This document shows, one piece after another, positions 27,471 to 40,626 of a stretch of DNA of 64,000 bases (position 1 is the first letter of the stretch; every line of letters begins with the position of its first letter). Source of the DNA: Octopus vulgaris (taxonomy: Eukaryota); assembly GCA_951406725.2 (NCBI GenBank), contig OX597819.1, forward strand, positions 61,132,001 through 61,196,000, written 5' to 3'. Made by a program: the position numbers and the translations under genes. A model generated the notes under the pieces. It worked only from the letters and a program-made list of their open reading frames with translations, did not search any database and was not told the origin of the DNA.

Positions 27471-27956
27471 GTCTGTGTTTGGTGGCTGTGGGTGTATAAA
27501 CATGAAAATAATACCAAATGCGAGATTGCAAACAACAAGAAAAAAAATGAGAAAGAAGATGCTCAAATTATTCTCCATGCAAAGATCTTTACTTTCTCTC
27601 TCCCTTTTCGCAGACAAAATGATTTCTGGTCAGTTCTGCGGTTGACGCCAAACCAACTCAAGAGATTCTTCCTCACACTTCAAGTAGCCGTGCTTTCTGA
27701 CAGTTAATTATATCGATTTGCTCTTATTGATCTGCTTTGTTTAAACTCCAATCTCATTTTTCAGGCAGGTATATTATCTACACACACAGACACACACACA
27801 TATGTCTACATGCATAATCACACACATATATACTCATACAATCACACGCACACACAGTCACATATAGAAATATATATATATATATATGTATAAATATACT
27901 TTGTAAATATATACCTACATACGTATACATTCAAATAAATATATTCAAATATACTT

Positions 27957-27990
<34 letters not shown>

Positions 27991-28054
27991 GGTTTCGGCC
28001 AGTAAGGGCCCATATATATGCATCCATACATGCACTTACTTGCATATAGGCATA

Positions 28055-28098
<44 letters not shown>

Positions 28099-28484
28099 CA
28101 CACATATACACGTGTGTAGTGTGCGCGCGTGCGTGTGTGCATATGTGTGTACCTTACTGTTGCTGGTGGTTTATTCTTTTAGCCTTAAGTGATCTTCAAA
28201 AGCTGATGCGATTCACTTCAGTATTGGGGTCTAGAATATGTGATATGCCAGGTAGTGAATCTAATTGTTTTATATTTATTGTCTGTAATTCGGGAACAGA
28301 AATTACTGACAAGTCTTTGCTCAGTTGGAAAATAAAGGTTGGACGTAAATGATTGTACGTATATCTATTCCTATGTGTGCATGTATGCTTGTGTATATGT
28401 GTGTATATATGAAAGTAAGTATGTATGTATATACGTATGCATGATGTGTGTACATAAGAATGTATGTATTTAAGTGTTTATATA

Positions 28485-28642
28485 TCATCATCATCGTTTA
28501 ACGTCTGTCTTCCATGCATGCAAAGGTAGGATGGTTGATAGGAGCCGGCCAAGTAGAAAACTACCATAGGCTACCGTCTGTTTTGGCGGGGTTTTTGCAG
28601 CTGGATGCCCTTCCTAACACCAGCCACTCTGCAGTGTGGACT
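28485..28642 (-). mobile_element. SINE 3' fragment with Meta-like domain and (ATG)n tail
   Basis: Minus strand reads GGTGTTAGGAAGGGCATCCAGCTGCAAAAA...GTTAAACGATGATGATGA. Confidence 0.6.
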
Positions 28643-28646
28643 ATAT

Positions 28647-28935
28647 ATATTCATTGTTGTGTCTGGGGAGAATAATTTTCTTTTTTATGCCTTATAATTT
28701 AACACACTCACCGGTAAAATTTCCACTTATTTCTTATTTTGAAAGTCAAAACTATTGAAAAGGTTGCAAAACGCAACGGAAATTTTAGGAAAATAAAAAT
28801 AAAAAGCGGAAATTATACCGGTGAGTCTGTTAAAGTATAAGGCACAAAAAGAAAATGACTATCCCCTGACACAACAGAATATGCTTCCAACACACGAACT
28901 CATAAAGAATCTTGCAAACCAAATCCAAAAACGAA
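28647..28935 (+). mobile_element. Fold-back insert, probably PLE-derived (arms about 28647-28740 and 28790-28882)
   Basis: About 93-bp imperfect inverted arms, short TA tracts on both sides and a hammerhead-like spacer. Confidence 0.65.
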
Positions 28936-29148
28936 ATATATATACATATATATATGCGAATGTATGTTTGCATATATGTATGTATTAGTGTGTGTGTGTA
29001 TGTATGGGGTGGAAGGGGAAACCACTCTTTCTACTTATATTTATTTCACCATATTTTATGCAAATTCTTCATTTCATTCGGCCGAAGAAAAAAGTCTAAA
29101 AACTTTGCCATATTAAAAACGTACAAACATAAAATAATTCATATTATA

Positions 29149-29362
29149 CAATAATCCTTCGAATATCGCGGGTGTTACGTTCCAACCCGCGATATGTGAA
29201 ATTCCGCGAAGTAGAAACAGTACTGTATATATAAACATTTTAAAAAATATTTTTATAATTTGTATATATTTATTTTATTAATGCAAAACATCACGGAGGA
29301 ATCGACGTAAGCTTAAATAATAAACCGCGATAGGTGAACCACGATATGGCGAGGGATTACAG
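29149..29362. mobile_element. pogo/Tigger-type MITE
   Basis: TA|CAATAATCCTTCGAATATCGCGG ... CCACGATATGGCGAGGGATTACAG|TA: imperfect TIRs with TA TSD. Confidence 0.75.
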
Positions 29363-29377
29363 TATGCAATGCGTAAG

Positions 29378-29800
29378 ACGGCGAGCTGCCAGAATGGTTC
29401 GCATGCCTGACCTGGACAAGATACTTACGGCACAGACAGATTATGTAGATAAACAGACACCTGTCTTTACGTCTTGAGTTCACATTCCGTCAAAGTATGT
29501 GCCTAAAGTAGAAAGGTTTATTATATACAATGCATAAAGTCGCCTATGTTAGTGGTTATGGTGTTCAGCTTACAACCATAATGTCGTAGGTTCAAATCCC
29601 AGACCGGGTAGCTTATGCTCCTTAAGTAAGCTTGTTGCTCCAACCTTTTCAGCTGCAAATGAGTTCTCTACTGGAGCATCCCTCTCTCTCTCTCCCTCCA
29701 GCTGTGACACTATGTCAAAAGGGTCGACGAGTAACGAACGTGTTGGCAGCTAAAACAATTAGCGAAAGCATGGTACATGTTCATTCGCAGATGACTGCTG
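29378..29800 (+). mobile_element. Diverged family A SINE (29378-29515) followed by another tRNA-derived SINE (from about 29540)
   Basis: CGGCGAGCTGCCAGAATGG head; second head AGTGGTTATGG...AGGTTCAAATCCCAGACCGGG. Confidence 0.6.
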
Positions 29801-30615
29801 GCTTTTCCCTTCTGTATATGTCTAGTGACGCAAATGATACATACTTCAATACTACTGTTAATAATGGAAGTTTAGTGAATGTCAAAAAATAACAGAACCA
29901 TAGCTGAAATACCTTGAATTATCTATCCATCTCAGACCCGTGGGCTTATGTCGAACAGCTGCTGTCACGTGTTGGACGAGTCTGGTTGTCAACCGAGTGT
30001 ATCGTAAATATTGCCCCGTCACCTTTCTTTAACCGGGAAGGCAAGGCAGTTTTGATCGTAGTGGTAGCTATGGCGAAAGAATGTGTATGGTGGACTCGTT
30101 TGAAAGGCTTAGAGAAAATACTTTCCATTCTGGCTTACCTCTCATCAACTTTTTCAAGTATTACTTGAAAAGGAAGGTGAGAGTAGAGAGGGAAGTTTTA
30201 TCTACAGAAAAATTTAACAAAAGATGGGTGAATGCAACAAAGATGGTACGCATGAATGACGGATCCACTTTGAACATAAACCTATAAAACAAAAAGAGAA
30301 AGGGAATTTCGCAGGTTTTCCTTTCTACAGATAACCTTAGTCAGTGTTATATTTTGCTAAACTGGCAAAATGACCATTCCTAAATACAACATGTTAAAAC
30401 GTTATCTTGTTATTTCTTTGTGTACACGTCCCAAAACGTTTCGATCCTTATTAATCGGTTTTGAAAAGAAAAATTCTACATTGCATCGTCCCCTCTGCGT
30501 TTGGCTCTGCGTGACCTAATAAAGAAATCCATATGTGTGTGTGCCACTTAATATTTTGTCTAACATGCTAACGATTTTGCTAGCTCACCACCGGCTTCAC
30601 GGAATATAATATATT

Positions 30616-30831
30616 ATTTTCTACTCAAGGTATAAGGCCCGAAATTATTTATGGTGGGGGGAGGGGGCAGTCCATTAGATAGACCCCAGTACGCAACTTA
30701 ATTTATCGACCCCGAAAGGATGAAAGGCAAAGTCGACCTCGGCGGAATTTGAACTCAGAATGTAAAGGCAGACGTAATAGCGCTAAGCATTTTCGCCCGG
30801 CGTGATAACGTTTCTACCAGCTCGCCGCCTT
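30616..30831 (-). mobile_element. SINE family A with 14-bp TSD
   Basis: GAATATAATATATT at 30602-30615 and 30833-30846. Confidence 0.9.
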
Positions 30832-31227
30832 CGAATATAATATATTGATGTAAGCTAAGGTAATCTCAAGGTATGTTTCGGAAAAGATGAACGCAAGAAT
30901 GATGCGAACGGAAGGAATCGAGCTGGTGTAGCCAGTTCTGATGAAAAAAAGAAGAAAAAGAGGTGGGAAAAATGTGAAAACAACCGGCGGGTTGATTGGA
31001 ACCTCGATAACCAGTCATCCGATTCCATTGCATTCTATGCTTTCATTGCGATTTTTTTTTCCGATTTCATTCGATTTTATTTGTGAATTTTTAATCTAGA
31101 TTTAAATTGTAACAATCATCATATGTTGTGGTGTCCATGTTTGTCCCCCTCTATGTACGTCTTTTATAGACAAATAAAGAAAATATAAGCTAAGGTAAAC
31201 CTTTAAAAGCCGCATTAGATCTCGTTA

Positions 31228-31443
31228 GGCGGCGAGCTGGCAGAATCGTTAGCACGCCAAGCAAAATGCTTAGCGGCATTTCGTCCGTCTTTACCTTCTG
31301 AATTCAAATTCCACCGAGGTCGATTTTTGGATTTTATCCTTTCTTGATAAAATAAAATAAGTACCAGTTGAGTACTGGGGTCGATGTAATCTACTTATCC
31401 CCTCCCCTGAACTTGCTGGCCTTGTACCAAAATATAAAACCAA
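31228..31443 (+). mobile_element. SINE family A
   Basis: GGCGGCGAGCTGGCAGAATCGTTAGCACG head. Confidence 0.85.
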
Positions 31444-34039
31444 TATGTAATATTCCGTAAGAATGAACAGCAGTGGGACTCTAAAAACAACAGTACCAGG
31501 TTGCGTAAATCATTCTACGCTCGACGAATGAAGGCTGCTGCAGCATTATTTTTGATTCTTACAATGGAACTTTTGCAGCGATTAATTGAATTACTGAAGA
31601 TGAAATACAAATAATTAGTTTCTTTTTGTTTGTATGTTTTGTCTTTACTCTAACACGATAACATGCTTATCATTTCCAGTCATAATATATTCTCACAGAA
31701 CTTAGAATTCTTTCTTCTAAACAAAACTTTTTATATTCTTTTAATCTTGCCGGCGTCTTTTAATTGTCGGATGGAAACATTTGCATTGATTTTTCATTAT
31801 CCGGAATATTATTTCTATCTGGCGTTATTGTACACTAAAACTATAGTTAAAGCCTATCTCTAGTTACAGATGGTGAATTGTATAGAAGAGTTTTCATTGA
31901 AATTCAAACTGGTTAATTTCTGCAATGATGTAGCATGCTCGCGAGAAATAATCTCAATTGAAGAAGAAATTACCATTGCAAATGGGAAGAATTGTAATAA
32001 GGAAGCCTGAAATTTAAAAAAAAAACACTCCATACACAACTTGCATCAGGATATTTCAACAGCAAAAATAATTAAGCTATGTAATAAGGAAGAATAGTTC
32101 GTGCGTTCAATACCAAGTTCAGGTACCTGTTGGAAAGATGTATATTATGTTTCTTTTTTTTTTTCGTTATGAACTAATAGGACAGGGTTTAAAATAAGTT
32201 TAATTATGAACAGTGAAGTGACGGCTATAATTCCCTTTTTATCACTTTATCTAAATGCAAATAATCTGGCTGTTGCCTGACAAGCAATGGCGACTTTTGG
32301 AATTATTGTACATTCTAAAGTTGAATATAAATATATTTAAGAAAAATAGGCTAGGGTTTCGAAGACAAAACAGTAAAATATACATATAATGATAGAATAG
32401 AATATATAGAACTTAATTATATAGATTTTTAATCTCCTATTACGCGTAATATATAAATATACGCAACACAAATATACAAGCAAATATACACAAACACATA
32501 CATGAATATCATCACCGTGGCTTTCGATCATTGCTTTAATTTCCCAACATGACATGCAACAAGTGTATTAGTCCATTAATCATGTTCTTTAGCGATGTTT
32601 CAAGTCATTTCGGAATGTTGCTATTTACTGTCATTCAAGTTTAGAGTATTCTATTTTAGTTTCATATTCGCAATCAGCAAGGAATGGGAAATGAAAGTGG
32701 AGTAAGGGTAAGCTCTAAGAGTATCGGGTTCAGTTTGTCTTGCCACAGCTCTGTTAAATATATATTTCAATCAATCATAATGCCACATATGTAAAGCGGC
32801 AGAAAGGAAATACATGATAAATCGTGAATAACTTAAGAGACATGAATTTATGCTTCACTATAGGTAAATTATATTTTAGATCACGACAGATGCTGTTGGC
32901 AGATCTTTCCCAGACACACGTACGACAATACCGGAAGTAAGTTTTCTTAATCTAATCATCACGACTTGGAAATATAATAATACAAATCTATTTCTGCACA
33001 AGATCCCAATGCAAAGGAAATTCCAGTTCTCCAGCTGTCTTTCGTTTCTGTTTTACTCTTATTGTCAATCTTCACGATTATTATTATAGTAAATTCCCAT
33101 CAGTCTCACTTGTTTGACATTGATATTTGTCGAAACCGAAAGTACGAAAGCAATCCATAAAAACCAAACCAACCAACAGCACTCACTTGAAAGAAGTATC
33201 GAGAAGTGTTAAGCCCTCATCAATCAATTAAATCAGTCAATTTACTTGGTTTATTTAAGACAATACATAATAGGACAATATTAGAGATGTATATCGATGA
33301 AAAAAAAAAGGTGTATTAAAATTAAAAACAGAAAAAAGAAAACAAAATTTACTCTGGAATGGCTTGTAAAGGCATCATATCGAAAGTGTCTCATATAAAA
33401 TAAAAACGAATAGTGAATGTTATCGTAGGATTACATGATTCACATTCTCATCAGAATTCCGAGAAGAATCTTGCGTTTCAGCAAATGCTACTTATCTGCA
33501 CAGTATTGTAGGTACTTATCTATATATTATTTCTATAAATCTACTGGAAATCACTAAGTGTGTATGTAAACAGAAAGAAATGATGTCCGACCAATTCGAC
33601 TTAGGCATCCCCAAATAAAATTATACGTGTACACACACATATCCATCCACTCACAAACATATGTATGTATGTATGTATGCAGACACATACACACACGCGC
33701 ACAAATAAACACATATGCGTACCTGTATGTGCAAATATATATGTCTGTAGGTGCCTGCAGCGTGTGTTGTATATGAGTGTGTGCGCGCGTGGATGTGTGT
33801 ATACATGAACCAGTATCCAGACAACACTTAATAGTTGTTCGCTCTGACCACAAGCGCTATACAAACCAAGATGAAATAATCATTAAGAACACTTTAATTA
33901 GCCACTGTTTAAGTCTTTAAGAGTTATATTTAAAGACCTATCGGCTTTCGATCAGTAAAACCAGACAAGATAAACCAAAAAAGAAATTAAGATCGATAAG
34001 TGAACGGCATAAGTTTAAACGATGAATAATTCTTTCGAA

Positions 34040-34195
34040 TTTTGGCACAAGGCCAGCAATTTTAAGGGGAAAAGAATTTCGATTACATTGATCCCAGCAC
34101 TAAACTGGTACTTTATTTTAACGACACCGAAAACATAAAAGACAAAGTCGACCTCGGCAGCACTTGAAATAAAAACGTAGATAGACAAATGAAAA
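34040..34195 (-). mobile_element. SINE family A fragment
   Basis: TTTGGCACAAGGCCAGCAATTT...CAAAGTCGACCTCGGC. Confidence 0.7.
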
Positions 34196-35080
34196 TAAAG
34201 TTATAAATACCTGATTTTCTTTTCTTATTCTTTCTCGGTATTCCGTTTAGAGTCACGACTTGATTAATTATTCCTTACATTTTGGTAATCCAGTGCAAAG
34301 TCACTTGATGCCATTACCCCCATGCCCTGTTAATATGTTCACCGCAGGGTATTCTGTTTTTTTTTTCTTCTGTGAAATAAAACTATCACGTGACTATTAC
34401 CATAGCCTCAACTCTATAACAACATAATTTCATTGTAGTGAAACCCTGTTTTTCACCAGCATCGTACAAAACATATCTCGAGATGAATGACTCACAATTT
34501 TTTTTGTTTTTGTTATTAGCTTTATCTCGACTCCACTTTGTGCGCTCGTTTCTACGAAAGCCGGCTGCTGAATGTCGCACTTAAGTTATATATGTGTATA
34601 TATAAATGCTGTGGAAACTACACTTCATATTGTAACAGTCCTGTTTGACCCGAAGCGCAATTAAAATTTACACTTCTTAGGTCAATAATTCACATCTATA
34701 TTTATATATATATATATATTTCTACATATATATATAATGTGTGTGTTCATAAGCATTTCAGTTCAACTTGACATTTGACAACATCGCCCACTCACGTAGT
34801 GCTTCGGTAGAAAACATTTATAGCTCTACGTACCAACCAGCCAGTCCCGCCCATGAATTGTTTCAGACAGTTTGTAATTGCTTGTAGGTTCTTCACCTAA
34901 TGAAAATTATAATGTTTTAACGGAATTTTCATCCAACAAAACCACTTCTGTGACTCTAGTCAACGTCTCTGCACTTCAGTTGGTGTTTAGCCTCATTGTG
35001 ACTGCTACTATTAAAATTAGTCAGTTTGGCAATATTGGAGGATTTCTGCTCGTAAACTTCGTGTAAACTTGCATGCGCGC

Positions 35081-35115
<35 letters not shown>

Positions 35116-35332
35116 CATATTTATATATACACATATATCCCGAATTGTTAGGACGTGGGGCAAAATGCTTAGCAGCATTTTGTTTTCTGTTCTGAGTTCG
35201 AATTCTAGTGAAGGGTCGATGTAATCGACTTACCCCAACCTTCGATCTTACTGGCCTCGTGCCAAAATTTGAAACGAATACTCCTTCCGACAGTCAGCGC
35301 TAATGGTGCATATACACACACTCACATATATA

Positions 35333-35834
35333 TAGTAGTACCTCACTTTACAAGACTTCAGTTTTACGAATTTTATGTTTTGAAGTAGAAGATCCAAATT
35401 TTCTACTACCATATCAAATGCTTCTGCATATTACCGAGAAATTTATAGAGAGCGTAAAAAAAAAAAAGCTTCTTCTAAAGCAAACAACTCTAGACTTGTG
35501 TTTTTTAAAAAAGAAATCTAGAAGTCCGTCTACGAGTGCTTGTGAATCGGCGATTGCATCTACAAGCAATGATGTGCGCAAGTCTAGTGTGAGTAAAAGT
35601 GATTCAGAAAATGATTATAATAAAAATATTTTTACTATAAATATTCTTTACATTCTACTGTTTTCTTGCCATTTATTATACGAGGTTTATAAATTTTATA
35701 GCTAAAATATTTTTCTGGAAACGAATTACGATTTATAACATTGCTACTATGGGAAATTATTGCTTTGCTTTACGATTTTTCGCTTTACGAGCAGTATCCG
35801 GGAACAAGTTAACTCGTATATTGAGGCATTGCTG
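35333..35834 (+). mobile_element. Tigger/pogo-type non-autonomous DNA transposon
   Basis: TA|TAGTAGTACCTCACTTTACAAG ... CTCGTATATTGAGGCATTGCTG|TA imperfect TIRs; internal KKKK..KQTTLD resembles Tigger transposase C-termini. Confidence 0.65.
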
Positions 35835-35866
<32 letters not shown>

Positions 35867-36062
35867 CCGGAGTAAGCACATAGATGTGAAACAAGGTGGA
35901 AAAAGGAGTACTCAAATACCAGAGGTAGAGTAATATGCTTTATTTAAAAGCAGCAGAAATATAACAGAAATATAACATTTCGTTAAAACTGTCCGACGAA
36001 CGGGAACGTGAAACTCCGAGTCACAGCTTTTGTCATATTTCTGCTGCTTTTAAATAAAGTAT
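35867..36062 (+). mobile_element. PLE-derived fold-back insert within (TA)n
   Basis: Arms GCTTTATTTAAAAGCAGCAGAAATATAACA (35937-35966) / TGTCATATTTCTGCTGCTTTTAAATAAAGT (36031-36060), HHR in the spacer, (TA)n on both sides. Confidence 0.75.
35985..36031 (+). ncRNA. Minimal type I hammerhead with CCGACGA core
   Basis: aaaactgt CCGACGA acg-ggaa-cgt GAAAC tccga GTC acagcttt; stem III is near-palindromic. Confidence 0.75.
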
Positions 36063-36401
36063 ATATATATATATATACAGGGTGGCCCAAGATTATTCAA
36101 AGAAGAGTAGGTCAGACTGCAGAGAACGATGCAAACTCTGCACCAAGCATGCTGGAATTCAACCTGTTTGAACCTGACTTTTTGGTTTGTTGATACGTCT
36201 GTGGTGATAACCAGATAGGATTTTTATCTTAATAACTGTTTCGCAAGTGTAATTTTGTAATTTCACCGATTTTTATCTGAGCAATAATGAATAATGCACG
36301 TATTGTGTTAGATATTTATATTAAACATACATACAAACACATATATATATGTGCTTGTGTGTGTGTATATATATATATATACACACACACAAGCATACAT
36401 A

Positions 36402-36457
<56 letters not shown>

Positions 36458-36939
36458 CACATGCATACATATAGATGTGAAGAGGAAATGTAGGAAGGAA
36501 GATAACGAGATAGAAGGGAAAGAAAGAGAGGAGTTAAAGAAACACTCATAAGTGGCAGATATAATGAGAATGGGTCAAGCAAAAAAACTAATGAAAGAGA
36601 AAGGGAGGAAAAGTAAGAGGGAGACGAATAAACACTACACTAGAGGCTGTTAAGAATGGTTTTCTTCTTACATCAATAACACAGATTCTACACACGCACG
36701 TACAACCAAGTATACATACGCACAGTAGTAATATCTGTCACACAACATAGCGGGAATTAACTGAGTTAAAATTGAATCAGCCTCTTCAATTTACTGACAA
36801 CATAATCTTCATTAATATAGACTTATCCTAGGCTAAGTACAAATATCTTAAATTTTAAGAGGGAGTCAAAAGGGAATTTTGTTTTGACGTTCATTACTTT
36901 ACTAAAGATAATTGAAAATTCGCATAAATGGTGTGGTAT

Positions 36940-37175
36940 CGCCACGTGCTGGAATCGAAACCGAATTGGAGTATCTAAATTTGGGGAGTAGAGTGGAGGC
37001 TTATTTCTTACTTTATAGCGCTCATATCTTACTAAGATACATTAAAAGTGCGAACAAGTGATCTGATGCCGCCACGTAGCGGAATCGAAATCGAATCGAA
37101 ATATCTACATTTTTGGAGCTTGCTTCTTATTTTACAGCGCTCATATCAGATTAAGACACATTAAAATGCCAAGTG
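36940..37175. repeat. Diverged direct duplication, period about 130 bp
   Basis: CGCCACGT..GGAATCGAAA..GAAT..TATCTA...AGCGCTCATATC...ACATTAAAA at 36940 and 37070. Confidence 0.75.
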
Positions 37176-38274
37176 TCACAGGACCCCTACGGGAAGCAAT
37201 ATGTCCGACGTTTATTACTATTAAGAATATCATTAGATTGTTAAATAAAATGAGATGATAAGCACGATTAAATATTATTTATCTGAGACCAGTGCTGATG
37301 TTATTGCCATTAAATGTCGCTGGGACTTATTTACTTTAGAGTAATGATAATTATAGAATAATCCCAAGAATTCAAGAAAATAGCGATGGTCTCCGGTGAC
37401 ATGAATCAAGTCAGCATAAAGCATATTAAGTGAAGTGTTTCGGTTGATGTAGGAGACGGGATAGTTGAGTGGATCAGATAATAAAACATGTAATTTGTCA
37501 TGAGTTCGAATTCTTAACATTTATTTCGTTTTGCTCTTCTGGGCCAGATCTTTCTCAGACACACGCACCATTAGACCGGAAATAAGCCTTCTTAATTCCA
37601 CTATCATGACTCGGAAATGTAATAATACGAATCTGCTCTTGGGTGGGCAGGATCAATTCACTTAGCTCTGTAATGACTTCAATGAGCCGATGTGTGGTTT
37701 CCATTTTTGCTTGAAATAGCAACAAACTCTATCTCGATTTCTTTATTACCCACAAAGGGCTATACAAAGAATGTTACATGGACAAACACAAAGACAAACT
37801 CGGAGAATTAAAAATATAAAAGAAGATAAAATAGAAAAAATTAAAACAAACAAATGATAATATCATGAGAAGCATATAAAATGAGGCACAATGCCCACCC
37901 GATCCCCGAAATCGAGTGGTTACATTTGGACAGTTTTTTCTCTTTTTTTTTCTCATTCTTTTTCACAAAACATTCTCGACCGTTTTTTCTCAACATATTC
38001 TCAAAAAAAATCACAATTTTCTTCTTAACAGAAATAGTTCACATTTTTTCCACCAAAATAATAGCAAGAAACTATCTCCTACTAATCACGTACTACTGCT
38101 TTTAGAAAGAAAATAGAAGGAAATAGAGAATCATGAAACCATGCACTACAGAAAATATGGCATGGCCAGTGATGGAACGCATTCGATCATAGGCCAATAT
38201 TCGCATTCATATTCTCATCAAAATATGAAATTTTGCGAATCACCAAGTGCTACACATTGTACAGTATTGTAGAT

Positions 38275-39135
38275 ACTTGTGGCTGAGTGGTTAAGAAGCT
38301 CACTTTGGTACCACACGGTTTCTGGTTCAGTCCTACTGTGTAGCATCTTCTACTACAGTTCAAGACCCACCAGTGCCTTTTGAGTATATTTGGTAAACGA
38401 AAACTGTGTGGAAGCCTGTTGTATATAGGTGTGTGAGAGTGTGTGTGTGTCTGTGTTTATCACCACCCACCACCACTTGTCAATCGGTCGTGATATATTT
38501 ACGTCCCGTACTTAGCGGTTCAGCAAAAGAGATATGTGTATGCGTATCTGTTTGTCTCCCCGCTGCTTGAAAACTGGTGTCGGTTTGTTTATGCCTCCGT
38601 AACATAGCGGTTCGTCAACAGAAACGGACTGAATAAATGAATATTCGGGTCAATTTGTTCGACTAAACGGATCTTTTCGGTTTGAACGGCAGTTTTTTCT
38701 AGTGGTGTCATATGCAATTGTCACCCATAATTATGACCCTAGTATCGATCTATTGCATTTCAATCTGTTTTAGGGTTAGGGTTAGGGGTGGGGGGAAGGG
38801 TATATTTTTTTGCTTCACAAATGTAAATAAACTCAATCTGTTTCTTAAACGAGGGACATATTCATACGGCACAGAATGTTTTTTTTACCTCAATAGACGT
38901 CAGTGATTGGTTGAAATTGCAGAAATTGAAGAAAAAAAACAACAAATATCTTGCAAACTATAGAATTTTCTCAATAAAGCAAAGAGAAAAAGATGTTTTA
39001 TAAACACATTCTACCAGTATACGAAGTTAAAAATTTTTTAGTTACCTAGAAATTATGTTAAAAACTGCCGTTCAAACCGAAAAGATCCGACTAACTGTCC
39101 ATAGGAAGTCCCTGACTGAAACTAATAAAAGGATA
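38275..39135 (+). mobile_element. Diverged SINE family B interrupted by a Merlin-like MITE
   Basis: Head TGGCTGAGTGGTTAAGAAGC; the tail resumes after 39088 (TGACTGAAAC). Confidence 0.75.
38669..39088 (+). mobile_element. MITE with 28-bp GG-terminated TIRs (Merlin-like) carrying TTAGGG repeats
   Basis: TIR GGATCTTTTCGGTTTGAACGGCAGTTTT is perfect at both ends; flanks GACTAAAC / GACTAACT form an approximately 8-bp TSD. Superfamily is inferred. Confidence 0.85.
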
Positions 39136-39319
39136 ACTAAATCATGGACTAACACTGAACTATTTCTTGAATTCCTAGTGAGAAATTGATGGAAGGAGGG
39201 GAGGGAGATTGTGTGCCATGGATGCCTTTCCTCCAAAACACATTAGAGGCTGAGACGAAGTGAAATGATACCACCCAGGAATCGAAACTGCGTCGCGGAT
39301 TCGGTTTGGCAGGAAATTC

Positions 39320-39890
39320 TTTTATCTTTTACTTGTTTCAGTCATTGGACTGAGGCCATGCTGGGCTAACGCCTTCCGGAGTTTAGTCAAACAAGTCTTC
39401 CTCAGTACTTAATTTTTAAAGTCCGGCAGTCACTGTCGCTGAACTGCTAAATTATGGGGACGTAAACAAACCAGCACGGGTTAGCAAGTGGCGTGGATGG
39501 GGGTGAAAATAAACGCAAACACAAAGACTCTCGTACCCCTACACACACATATACACACACAGGGTGGCCCAAAAGTATGTTTACAGTTATCATGTAGGTA
39601 CTTTAAATTTCTTTTAAAACATTTTATTACATTTACATTTCTATATTACACCCTGTATATAAACCCCCTATACGCGCGCGCGCACACACATACACACACA
39701 CACATCTATCTCGATATACACACACACTACAGGTTCTACACATTTTCCGTCAACCAAATTCATTTAAAAGGCATAGGCCGACCTGCAGCTATAGCAGAAG
39801 TTACGTATCTAGGTGTCGCGAAGTAGGATGGAACGCAAAACCCCGTGGTTTCAACGCGAACTTCTTTACCACACAGCCATTCTTGCCTCT
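39320..39890 (-). mobile_element. Diverged SINE family B containing a deleted Tc1/mariner MITE
   Basis: Tail TTTTACTTGTTTCAGTCATTGGACTG and head TTACCACACAGCC. Confidence 0.75.
39560..39655. mobile_element. Internally deleted copy of the 18717-18942 MITE
   Basis: CAGGGTGGCCCAAAAGTATGTTTACAGTTATCATGTAGG...CACCCTG|TA. Confidence 0.75.
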
Positions 39891-40239
39891 ATTGTCTATT
39901 TCCTTGCCTTCTTTCTTTCGTTTTATTTTTTTTTATACACAAAACATTTTTTACTTCTGCGACCAAGAAATAGAGACCACCTAATGTTTCAATGTACATC
40001 ACTAGCCTGAGTATGGAAGGCTGGATGGACTTAAATCATAAACGTTAATTAAGACCTGTCTAGGTGGCAAATAGAGACGAAAATATTGGAGTTGTGCATA
40101 AATAGGTATTTACTTAAAAGATAAAATGATATATCCAAGTGTGGTAGGAGGAATATATTCCGTCTACTCTCACCATTGCCCACAATCAGTGAAAGTAAGT
40201 ATTGCCAACTAAAGTGAATGTATGAATTAACTCTACACT

Positions 40240-40483
40240 CACCTCTCTCTCTCTCATACGCTTATATATATATATACATATATATACATATATCCATACA
40301 TACATACATACATACATAGATAAATATATCCATCCGTACACGTATACATAAATACATATATAAAAATAATAATTACACACACACATATATATATGTATAT
40401 ATATATATATACATATATATATGCTTATATATATACCTACATACATATATATACATACATACATACACACACATATGTGTGTG

Positions 40484-40521
<38 letters not shown>

Positions 40522-40626
40522 TATATACATACGTACATATACACACACACATATATACATACATACATATATATATATATACACACACACACATATATAC
40601 ATACATACATAGGCATGTGTGTGTGT
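40240..40626. repeat. Compound TA/CA microsatellite
   Basis: Visible directly. Confidence 0.9.

Noticed and set aside
27590-27775. Possible exon after a strong polypyrimidine tract and CAG (27613), and a possible 4-nt microexon (TTTTTCAG GCAG GTATAT)
   Set aside because: No recognisable coding content or partner exons; cannot be supported without RNA-seq.
31870-32010. 46-codon frame after an acceptor-like TTACAG
   Set aside because: Short, no recognisable motif and compatible with chance.
38769-38796. Telomere or chromosome-fusion relic
   Set aside because: Only about three TTAGGG units, and they lie inside a TIR-bounded MITE present twice.
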